From assembly GCA_964502635.1 (NCBI GenBank), contig CAZCXI010000001.1, forward strand, positions 1-60,447: DNA of 60,447 bases, given 5' to 3'. Numbering within the stretch: position 1 is the first letter of the stretch; every line of letters begins with the position of its first letter. Origin of the DNA: an uncultured Desulfobacterales bacterium (GTDB lineage Bacteria; Desulfobacterota; Desulfobacteria; Desulfobacterales; C00003060). Of this stretch, positions 53,062-60,447 are shown piece after piece. The position numbers and the translations under genes were made by a program. Under the pieces are notes generated by a model. It searched no databases. It saw only the letters and a list, made by a program, of their open reading frames with translations, and was not told the origin of the DNA.

Positions 53062-55026
53062 GTGGCAGAAAGAATAGGCATTTTTGTCTGTGAATGCGGT
53101 CCGAACATCAAGGAGGCCATGGACCTGGATGAAGTAGTGACATTCGTCCAAGGCCTTGAAAACGTGGTCCTGGCCAAAGCCTTTGGGCTGTTGTGTGCAG
53201 TGGAGGGTCAAGCGCTTATCGCAAAAGACATCAAAGAGCACGACCTCACGAGAATAGTCATTGCAGCCTGTTCGCCAAAGGAGCATGAAAAGACCTTTAA
53301 GCAATGCCTGGAGAAGGCCGGTCTCAATCCTTTTCTTTTGCAAATCGCCAATATTAGAGAGCAATGCGCCTGGGTGGTTGAAGACAAGGCCCTTGCTACG
53401 GACAAGGCCAAGGCGATCATCCGCGCAGCGGTCAGGCGAGTCGCTCATCATGAGCCCTTGGAGGTTAAAGAGATAGAATGCCAACCGCATGCTCTGGTGG
53501 TAGGGGCCGGCATAGCCGGGATCAGTGCCGCACTGACGCTGGCACAAAAACATAGGAAGGTCTATCTGGTTGAGAAGTTGCCGTGTATCGGGGGCAAAGT
53601 GGCCCGATATGAAGATGTGTTTCCCAGCCTGGAGTGCGCTTCTTGTATCCTTGATCCCATACTCGATGAGGTCTTACATAACGAGCATATCGAGATTCTC
53701 ACATTGACCGAGGTCCAGGAAGTATTGGGCTTTTATGGCAACTTCCTGGTCAAGGTGAACCAAAAGGCAAGGTTTGTGGATACTGGGACCTGTATCGGCT
53801 GCGGAGCGTGCCTTGAGGCTTGCCCGGTTAAGGTAAAAAACGAATATAATGAGGGCCTTGATGAACGAAAGGCCATCTACATCCCTTATGCAGGTGCCTT
53901 GCCGAATGTGGCGGCCATCGATAAGAAGCACTGTTTGCGCTGGCAGCAAGAAGCGTGCAGCGCCTGCAGGGAGGCCTGCCCTTTCGGGTCCATTACCTAT
54001 GAGGACACCGACCAGGTGCGCCAGTTGAGAGTGGGCGCCATCGTCCTGGCTACGGGTTTTGATCTCTTCGACCCGGCGAGGGCGCCCCAATACGGATACG
54101 GTAAGATTAAAGATGTGTATACCAGCCTTGAATTTGAAAGACTGGTCAATTCCACCGGGCCAACCGAGGGAAAGATCGTGTTACGAAACGGCCAGGTTCC
54201 TGAAAAGATTGCCCTGGTGCATTGTGTGGGCTCCAGGTCGAGCAAGTTTCATGAACATTGCTCTACGGTCTGCTGCATGTATCTGCTAAAGTTTGCTCAT
54301 CAGGTCAACAGCCAATTGCCTGGTGCTTCAATGACCGGGTTTTACTCCGACCTATGCCTCCCGGGGAAAAAAGCACAGGGCTTCTTTAACAAGATCTCGC
54401 AAGAGGGCCATATGGAATGGATGCACATGAAGGATCCGGATTCCATAGAGATCACGCAAGTGGACGAAAAGACACTCATCAGGTTTACGGATGTGACTGG
54501 AAGCCCCCGCGAAGTCACCGCAGATATGGTCGTCCTGGCGCCCGCCATGGAAGGCGCAAAAGATGCCGGGGCGATGGCTCAGATTTTCGATATATCTCAA
54601 GGCGGAGCAGAGGGGTTTTTTGCTGAAGAAAACAGCCAGGTGGCCCCTGTCTCAACAGCCATGGAGGGCATATTCATTGCGGGCTGTGCCCAAGGCCCAA
54701 AGGACATTCAAAGCTCGGTGGCCCAAGGGCAGGCCGCGGCAGGCAGGATCTTGTCACGCCTTGTCCCGGGAGAGAAGTTGGCCCTTGAGCCCGTAACCGC
54801 TGAAGTGGATGCAGACCTCTGCTGCGGGTGCAAACTATGCGTTGGCCTGTGTTCCTACAAGGCCATCACCTGCGATAACTTGAAAAACAATGTGGCAATT
54901 AACAAAGTGTTGTGCAGGGGTTGCGGCGTTTGCGCTGCCGCGTGTCCCAGCGGGGCCATTAAGGCTCACCACTTTACGGATACGGAAGTGTCCGAAGAAA
55001 TAAAGGGCCTGGTGCGACATGGTTGA
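53062..55026 (+). CDS. hdrA: Heterodisulfide reductase subunit A-like flavoprotein
   Basis: FAD motif LVVGAGIAGISAAL and ferredoxin motifs CIGCGACLEACP, CCGCKLCVGLC and CRGCGVCAAACP. AGGAG is 8 nt before GTG 53062. Confidence 0.85.
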   Translation: MAERIGIFVCECGPNIKEAMDLDEVVTFVQGLENVVLAKAFGLLCAVEGQALIAKDIKEHDLTRIVIAACSPKEHEKTFKQCLEKAGLNPFLLQIANIREQCAWVVEDKALATDKAKAIIRAAVRRVAHHEPLEVKEIECQPHALVVGAGIAGISAALTLAQKHRKVYLVEKLPCIGGKVARYEDVFPSLECASCILDPILDEVLHNEHIEILTLTEVQEVLGFYGNFLVKVNQKARFVDTGTCIGCGACLEACPVKVKNEYNEGLDERKAIYIPYAGALPNVAAIDKKHCLRWQQEACSACREACPFGSITYEDTDQVRQLRVGAIVLATGFDLFDPARAPQYGYGKIKDVYTSLEFERLVNSTGPTEGKIVLRNGQVPEKIALVHCVGSRSSKFHEHCSTVCCMYLLKFAHQVNSQLPGASMTGFYSDLCLPGKKAQGFFNKISQEGHMEWMHMKDPDSIEITQVDEKTLIRFTDVTGSPREVTADMVVLAPAMEGAKDAGAMAQIFDISQGGAEGFFAEENSQVAPVSTAMEGIFIAGCAQGPKDIQSSVAQGQAAAGRILSRLVPGEKLALEPVTAEVDADLCCGCKLCVGLCSYKAITCDNLKNNVAINKVLCRGCGVCAAACPSGAIKAHHFTDTEVSEEIKGLVRHG

Positions 55027-55438
55027 TGCAGTGACAACCAGTTTTGAACCCAAGATTATTGGTTTTCTCTGTAACTGGTGTTCTTACGAAGGGGCCGATG
55101 CTGCGGGAAGGGCTCGCAAAGTCTATCCTGCGAACCTGAGAGTCGTTAGAGTGATGTGCAGCGGCAGGGTCGATCCTCAGTTCATCCTTGAGGCCTTCAA
55201 AGAGGGCGCTGACGGGGTGATGATCCTGGGCTGCCATCCGGGTGACTGCCACTACAAAGAAGGTAATCTCCAAACGCTTAAGAGATACCATGTATTAAAG
55301 AGGGTGCTGAGCAGATTTGGCATAGAAGAAGACAGATTAAGGCTTGATTGGATCTCGGCCGGCGAGGGGGACAAGTTCGTCCAGGTCGTTTCTGAAATGA
55401 CTGAAAGAATGAGGCAACTCGGTCCCTTGTGTCGCTGA
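55019..55438 (+). CDS. mvhD: MvhD-like hydrogenase iron-sulfur subunit
   Basis: GFLCNWCSY, VMCSGRV and LGCHPGDCHY motifs. 8-nt overlap with hdrA. Confidence 0.9.
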   Translation: MVDAVTTSFEPKIIGFLCNWCSYEGADAAGRARKVYPANLRVVRVMCSGRVDPQFILEAFKEGADGVMILGCHPGDCHYKEGNLQTLKRYHVLKRVLSRFGIEEDRLRLDWISAGEGDKFVQVVSEMTERMRQLGPLCR

Positions 55439-55529
55439 TGCCGGACGGGCGACATCGAGATGACCCTCCGGGTGCCGTGTTGACCCTGTTGGCAATGTCT
55501 CCTTAAACAATGGTTGTAGGTTCCTAAAC

Positions 55530-56507
55530 ATGACGGAAAAACCCAAGATTGCGCTGTATTGGTGTTCAAGCTGCGGCGGCTGCGAGGAATCCGTCGTTGA
55601 CTTGGCAGAGGATCTCTTAACGGTTGCTGCGGCTGTCGATATTGTATTTTGGCCGGTAGCCCTGGATTTCAAGTATAAGGATGTTGTCGCCCTCAAGGAT
55701 GGCGAGATCACCGCAACGCTGATCAATGGCGCCATCAGGACGGATGAACAAGAGCATATGGCCAAAATCCTGAGAAAAAAATCCAGATTGCTCTTCGCCC
55801 ACGGAAGCTGTGCACACCTTGGCGGGGTGGTGGGGCTGGCCAATTTTTACGAACGTGAAGACTTGCTGAACCGTTTATACCAAGAGGTTCCCACGATAAA
55901 CAATCCTCAGGCAATCTTACCACAACCCGAAACCATAGAATCCGGCAAAAACCTACAACTGCCGGATTTCCATGATACCGTCAAGGCGTTGGACCAGGTC
56001 GTAGAGGTGGATTACACGATCCCGGGTTGCCCCCCGACGCCAGAGCTCATCAAAGAGGCCGTGATGATGGTCCTGGAGGACCGGCTCCCGCCGAGGGGGA
56101 GCGTATTGGCGGAAAAAAAGGCACTTTGCGATACATGCCCTCGAAGAGACAGCAAGCCCGAACCATTGCGGATAAAGGAGTTCAAACGGGTCTATGAGGC
56201 GGAGTGGGACCCAACAAAGTGTTTCTTGGCTGAGGGCATTATCTGCCTTGGCCCTGCCACCAGGGGAGGGTGCAATGCACGGTGTATCAATGCCAACATG
56301 CCCTGTCGAGGTTGCTTTGGGCCCACGGACAACGTGAGGGACCAGGGCGCAAAATCTTCCTCCTTCGTCGCGTCCATCATTGATGTCACAGACAAAGAAG
56401 CGTTGGAGAAGATTGTCGATTCCATTCCTGATCCTGGCGGACTGTTCTACCGGTACGGCCTGGCCTCATCCATATTGAAGCGAAAGATGACCAGGGACGG
56501 CTCATGA
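55530..56507 (+). CDS. mvhG: Group 3c-type [NiFe]-hydrogenase small subunit (MvhG-like)
   Basis: No signal peptide. YWCSSCGGCEES, HGSCAHLGG, IPGCPP and CRGCFGP motifs. Confidence 0.8.
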   Translation: MTEKPKIALYWCSSCGGCEESVVDLAEDLLTVAAAVDIVFWPVALDFKYKDVVALKDGEITATLINGAIRTDEQEHMAKILRKKSRLLFAHGSCAHLGGVVGLANFYEREDLLNRLYQEVPTINNPQAILPQPETIESGKNLQLPDFHDTVKALDQVVEVDYTIPGCPPTPELIKEAVMMVLEDRLPPRGSVLAEKKALCDTCPRRDSKPEPLRIKEFKRVYEAEWDPTKCFLAEGIICLGPATRGGCNARCINANMPCRGCFGPTDNVRDQGAKSSSFVASIIDVTDKEALEKIVDSIPDPGGLFYRYGLASSILKRKMTRDGS

Positions 56508-58039
56508 GCAAACGAATCACCATTGACCCCATCACCAGATTGGAAGGACACGGCAAGATTGAAATCTTTCTTGACGACCAGAAGGACGTGGAGCGTGTCT
56601 ATTTTCAAGTCCCGGAACTGAGAGGGTTTGAGAAGTTTTGTGAAGGCAGGGCGGCAGAGGAGATGCCTACCCTTACACAAAAGATTTGCGGGGTGTGTCC
56701 CACAGCCCACCATACGGCGTCGAGCAAGGCGCTGGATGATCTGTTCGGCGTTGAGCCGCCGCCCGCGGCAAAAAAGCTCAGAGAGCTCATGTATAACGCC
56801 TTCATGTTTGAAGACCACCTGTTGCATTTCTTTTTTCTGGGAGGCCCTGATTTGATTGTCGGTCCCACAGCGCCAAGGGCGAAAAGGAATATTCTTGGCG
56901 TCGTAGACAAGGTGGGTATCGAGATGGGAAAAAAGGTCGTTGATATCCGGAAACGGGTCCGGGGCGTCAATGCATTAATTGGCGGCAGCGCCCTTTATCC
57001 TGTTTGCGGGCTGCCAGGCGGCGTTTCAAAGGCCATGACCGAGGAGGAGAGGACCCAAGTCCGGGTCGTGACAAGAGATGCAGTGGAATTTGCCAAACTG
57101 ACGTTGGATCTCTTTGATGATATCGTGCTCAATCATAAGGGGTTGGCCAACTGGCTCACCAGTGATGTCTTCTGTCACAAAACGTACTACATGGGCCTGG
57201 TTGATGATCATAACAGGGTCAACTTTTATGACGGGAAAATCCGGGTGGTTGATCCCAACGGCGAGGAGTTTGTCAAATTCGAGGCAAGAGACTATCTGGA
57301 GCACTTAGAGGAACGGGTTGAACCGTGGAGTTATCAGAAAATCCTCTATTTGAAGAACGTCGGCTGGAAGGGGTTCATCGATGGACCGGATAGCGGTGTT
57401 TATAGGGTAGCCCCCCTTGCCCGCCTCAACGCCTCTGAAGGCATGGCCACCCCCTTGGCCCAGGCCGAGTATGAAAATATGTTTCATACCCTGGCTGAAA
57501 AACCTGTTCATAATACCTTGGCCTACCATTGGGCCAGGCTTATCGAGGTCTTGTACGCGGCAGAAAGAATGGACGAGCTTGCCGCAGATGAGGAGCTCAC
57601 CAGTCCCCGGGTACGCAATCTTCCACATCAAACCCCCAAAGAAGGCGTTGGTGTCTGCGAAGCGCCGAGGGGAACGCTTTTTCATCACTACAAGACCGAC
57701 GAGAAGGCCATTGTAGAGAGGTTGAACCTCTTGGTGGCCACGCAGAACAATGCCGCAGCCATTTGCATGTCGATTGACAAGGCGGCTCGAGCCGCCATCA
57801 AAGGCGGCGCTGTCTCCGATGGCAAATTGAATGTGGTAGAGATGGCCTTCCGAGCCTATGATCCCTGCCTCGCCTGTGCCACGCACTGCCTCCCTGGCAA
57901 GAGGCCAACGGTGGTCATGTCCATGATAGGAGTAGGAATCGACAACGACGTTAAAGATCCCCGCAGTCCAGATACATCGGGACGGGGAACGCACTCGCTT
58001 TTCGGGTTGAACCGTAAGATGTTACGCAAGGAGAGGTGA
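56504..58039 (+). CDS. mvhA: Group 3c-type [NiFe]-hydrogenase large subunit (MvhA-like)
   Basis: RLEGHG, KICGVCPTAHH and C-terminal DPCLACATH motifs, followed by about 50 further residues. ATGA overlap with mvhG. Confidence 0.85.
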   Translation: MSKRITIDPITRLEGHGKIEIFLDDQKDVERVYFQVPELRGFEKFCEGRAAEEMPTLTQKICGVCPTAHHTASSKALDDLFGVEPPPAAKKLRELMYNAFMFEDHLLHFFFLGGPDLIVGPTAPRAKRNILGVVDKVGIEMGKKVVDIRKRVRGVNALIGGSALYPVCGLPGGVSKAMTEEERTQVRVVTRDAVEFAKLTLDLFDDIVLNHKGLANWLTSDVFCHKTYYMGLVDDHNRVNFYDGKIRVVDPNGEEFVKFEARDYLEHLEERVEPWSYQKILYLKNVGWKGFIDGPDSGVYRVAPLARLNASEGMATPLAQAEYENMFHTLAEKPVHNTLAYHWARLIEVLYAAERMDELAADEELTSPRVRNLPHQTPKEGVGVCEAPRGTLFHHYKTDEKAIVERLNLLVATQNNAAAICMSIDKAARAAIKGGAVSDGKLNVVEMAFRAYDPCLACATHCLPGKRPTVVMSMIGVGIDNDVKDPRSPDTSGRGTHSLFGLNRKMLRKER

Positions 58040-58041
58040 CG

Positions 58042-58266
58042 ATGGCAGTGGAAATTCTAGACACCCTGGGTCAGAAGTGCCCTCAGCCGGTCCTAAAGAT
58101 CGCCGTGAAGGCTCCGGACATGGAACCCGGTGATATCTTGGAGGTATTGGGAGACTGCCCGACCTTTGAGAAAGATGTGCGCACCTGGTGCCAGCGGCTG
58201 GGCAAGGTCTTTCTTTCCATAAAGGAAGAAGGGAGAAACAGGAAACGGATCCAGATACAGTTTTGA
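58042..58266 (+). CDS. TusA-like sulfurtransferase, last gene of the hdrA-mvh operon
   Basis: LGQKCPQPVLK motif. AAGGAGAGG RBS. Starts 2 nt after the mvhA stop. Paralog of 15622..15846. Confidence 0.8.
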   Translation: MAVEILDTLGQKCPQPVLKIAVKAPDMEPGDILEVLGDCPTFEKDVRTWCQRLGKVFLSIKEEGRNRKRIQIQF

Positions 58267-58535
58267 CGGCTTCGTAAGAAATCCCTTTCCGGCGTTGTGC
58301 TTCATTTTCCGTCTGCCTGTGCGTTGCACGCAGAGAGGCCATCGCGATGCACCATGGCAGTGCCCATCCATAAATGGCATCTTTGGGTCCGATGCGGCGT
58401 TCTCCGCGGGTTTGCGCCTGCGGCTTGTGAAAAGGCCGTCCTCAACGTAGCGCTGCTACGCCTGCGGCGTAAACCCTTGTGCGGCCTTGCCTCGGGCCAA
58501 AGTCTACCATTTCTGAATGAACACCTTGCAGTGCT

Positions 58536-58560
58536 CAACCGAGCCATGTTGGCTCGGTTG
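58536..58560. other. Perfect 11-bp stem, 3-nt loop hairpin
   Basis: caaccgagcca tgt tggctcggttg. There is no U-tract, so a terminator role is uncertain. Confidence 0.4.
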
Positions 58561-58742
58561 GCCGCATTTGTGGATGGACACTGGATCTTATTGCTAGAGA
58601 TTCTGGCGCCTTGCATATGGTCCGCCGCGGATGGATTAACTTGCCGTCGTCGATTTTGTGAACAAGCAACGTTTCAATGAACCGCTCAAAGGCGTCCCTG
58701 TTCGGGCAACAGCCCGTCCATGATTGAAGGGAAATTTCAGAG

Positions 58743-60447
58743 GTGAAAGAAAAGGTGAACTGCTGGGAATTCTTTCAATGTAACGAGAAGGAATGCCCGG
58801 CTTTCAAGTCCAAGGAGCTGAATTGTTGGCTCGTTCCAGGGACCCGTTGTCGCAATGAGATCCAGGGAAAGCTTTTGGAAAAAATCGAGATGTGCCTTGA
58901 ATGCGAGCCCTTTAAAGCGAACATCGATGTCTGTTTCATGGCGGAGACCTTGAAGGTGATCAATGAACAACTCTCAGCGTACAGACATCTGGTTGACGAG
59001 CGAGACAGGGAGTTGGAGGGCACCAGCATGGAGCTGGCCCTGGGCTTGTCCGAGGTCTTTGAGGCGTTAAGAAAGATCGCTTCAGGCGATCCTGAAGTCA
59101 GGATACCTGAAACCTCAGGACTCGAGTTGATGACGAAACTAAAACACATGGTCAACCTGACTGCCGAAGAACTGGGAGAAATCGTTGGTCTTTCTCATGA
59201 GTTCGCCATCGGCCTGGCAGAACACTTCGATGTATTGCATCGAGTCTCACAAGGTGAGCTGAGGGCCCGCATATCCGGCTCTTCACCGGTCGACTTGTTG
59301 GAATCCCTAAGAAAAGTAACCAACGAGATGATTCAGAGTGTATCCACGGAAATCAGCGACCGCAAGCAGGTGGAGAAGGCGCTGCGGGAGACGGAGGAGC
59401 GGTTCCGACAAACGGCTGCGCTATCTCCCTTTCCAATCTCTATCATCGACGTAGACGGACGATATGTGTACTTGAACAAGAAGTTTAGTGAAGTTTTTGG
59501 CTACACACTGGAGGATATCCCCTTCGGAAGGGATTGGTTTCACAAGGCCTACCCAGATGCAGAATACCGGCGAAAAGTCATATCTGCCTGGAAGGGGGAC
59601 CTGGATAAGTTCGGGCCACTGGAGGCCAGGGTTCGAGAGTGCAGGGTGGTCTGCAAGGACGGAACAGTGCGGGATATCGTCTTTAGGCCCGTATCCATGG
59701 ACAACGGAACACAGTTTGTCACCTACGAGGACCTCACCGAGCGCAAGCAGGCGGGGGAGGCGTTGCGGGCGTCCGAAGAGAAATACCGCACTCTCTTCGA
59801 ACTGGCGGCGAGTTCCATTGCGCTAATTGATGGAGAGACGGGTGCGTTTGTGGAATTTAACAAAAGGACGCATGAAAACCTTGGGTTCACCCAGGAGGAG
59901 TTCGCGAAGCTCAAGATAGCCGACTTTGAGGTGATGGAAAGTCCTGAGCAAGTCCTGAGCCACTTCAAGAAAATCACCAAGGAGGGGGCTGATCGATTTG
60001 AGACGAAACATAGGACAAAGAGTGGAGAGATACGAGATGTCCACGTGAGTGCCAGGACCATTACCATCCATGGGAAGGACTACGTTCAGGCCATATGGCG
60101 GGACATTACCGATTTCAAGCGGACAGAGGCAAAGCTGGAGAAAATGTTCACGCAGATCAAGAAGGGCCACGACAATCACTTGTCGATTCTGAATATGCTG
60201 CGCCTGGGAATCGCAACGGTAGACCAGGACGGTCGTGTCACATTTCTCAATCAGACCGCCCAGCAGCTCATCGGAAGGAATCTGACGGCCGTCTCCGGAA
60301 GGCATTGGCAAGCGTTGTTTCATTTCAATGCCCACGACAAGGCCAGGCTCGAGGATATGTTGAGGCATACCCGTGCAGGAGGCAGGAAGCTGCAAGCCCA
60401 GGTCGAATTCCAGCCGGGCCGGCGTTATTGGATGGACATCGAAGTGC
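58743..60447 (+). CDS. Multi-PAS signal-transduction protein with a Cys-rich N-terminal module (3' end outside the window)
   Basis: My own translation from GTG 58743 is open to the window end (568 codons): VKEKVNCWEFFQCNEKECPAFKSKELNCWLVPGTRCRNE...CLEC, then a linker module shared with the 13442 kinase, then at least three PAS-like repeats. The gene is missing from the ORF track because there is no stop codon in the window. Confidence 0.8.
   Translation, partial: MKEKVNCWEFFQCNEKECPAFKSKELNCWLVPGTRCRNEIQGKLLEKIEMCLECEPFKANIDVCFMAETLKVINEQLSAYRHLVDERDRELEGTSMELALGLSEVFEALRKIASGDPEVRIPETSGLELMTKLKHMVNLTAEELGEIVGLSHEFAIGLAEHFDVLHRVSQGELRARISGSSPVDLLESLRKVTNEMIQSVSTEISDRKQVEKALRETEERFRQTAALSPFPISIIDVDGRYVYLNKKFSEVFGYTLEDIPFGRDWFHKAYPDAEYRRKVISAWKGDLDKFGPLEARVRECRVVCKDGTVRDIVFRPVSMDNGTQFVTYEDLTERKQAGEALRASEEKYRTLFELAASSIALIDGETGAFVEFNKRTHENLGFTQEEFAKLKIADFEVMESPEQVLSHFKKITKEGADRFETKHRTKSGEIRDVHVSARTITIHGKDYVQAIWRDITDFKRTEAKLEKMFTQIKKGHDNHLSILNMLRLGIATVDQDGRVTFLNQTAQQLIGRNLTAVSGRHWQALFHFNAHDKARLEDMLRHTRAGGRKLQAQVEFQPGRRYWMDIEV

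Noticed and set aside
52966-53553. A 195-aa minus-strand ORF overlapping the hdrA start.
   Set aside because: It is antisense to a well-supported hdrA frame and has no motifs or RBS.
34020-58039. The possibility that either hydrogenase large subunit is a [NiFeSe] enzyme, or that HdrA or MvhD contain Sec.
   Set aside because: Both C-terminal motifs read DPCLAC..H with Cys. The hdrA and mvhD frames are uninterrupted and have Cys at the positions where Sec variants are known (for example FLCNWCSY).
58270-58740. A GC-rich 470-bp region with a 127-aa plus ORF, a 104-aa minus ORF and several hairpins (for example gggtttgcgcc / ggcgtaaaccc, gtagc-gct-gctac).
   Set aside because: The translations are Arg/Cys/Ala-rich with no recognisable fold. 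It is probably the terminator and 5' UTR region between tusA and the sensor gene. A structured RNA is possible but I cannot support one.
1-60447. A search for CRISPR arrays, rRNA or tRNA genes, transposase or integrase genes and prophage blocks.
   Set aside because: I found no regularly spaced direct repeats, no tRNA-like T-loop/acceptor combinations, and no ORF with transposase, integrase or phage hallmarks.

Overview
This is a 60.4-kb chromosomal segment that, from its gene content, looks like it comes from a strictly anaerobic Desulfobacterota (deltaproteobacterium-type) organism. That origin is an inference from HdrA-MvhDGA, DsrE/TusA sulfur relay genes, a double-cubane/2-hydroxyacyl-CoA-dehydratase-type enzyme with its activase, and selenocysteine usage. 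I support about 55 protein-coding genes, 5 gene remnants, no rRNA or tRNA genes and no CRISPR array. All family names come from motifs I recognise by eye in the supplied translations, because no database search was possible.

Main content:
- Housekeeping genes: Nudix hydrolase, two Slp lipoproteins, a B12/radical-SAM protein, HtrA, MltF, UbiB, RsmG, Nfo and ApgM.
- A three-gene phosphorelay.
- A selenium-utilisation operon, yedE-tusA-DUF3343-(YjeF_C-like kinase)-selD. selD is itself a selenoprotein: an in-frame UGA splits it in the ORF track.
- A second selenium-linked operon, yedF-(double-cubane-type reductase)-(ATPase activase).
- An unusually large Tat-exported two-gene [NiFe] hydrogenase. 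It is preceded by a 202-bp cassette bounded by perfect 26-bp inverted repeats, and the cassette carries a decoy copy of the hydrogenase Tat-signal start. A second, degenerate copy of the cassette lies 9 kb away.
- A cytoplasmic hdrA-mvhD-mvhG-mvhA operon ending in a TusA-like gene.
- A membrane/periplasmic redox cluster with two Tat-signal proteins: DUF362-like, NapH-like polyferredoxin and a Tat-exported aldo/keto reductase.
- Decayed oxidative-stress genes: a perR-catalase deletion fusion and an internally deleted msrB.
- A family of long palindromic MITE/REP-like intergenic repeats, with at least 5 copies or fragments.

A 5'-partial multi-PAS sensor gene at the right edge (58743 to the end of the window) is absent from the ORF track because it has no stop codon in the window.
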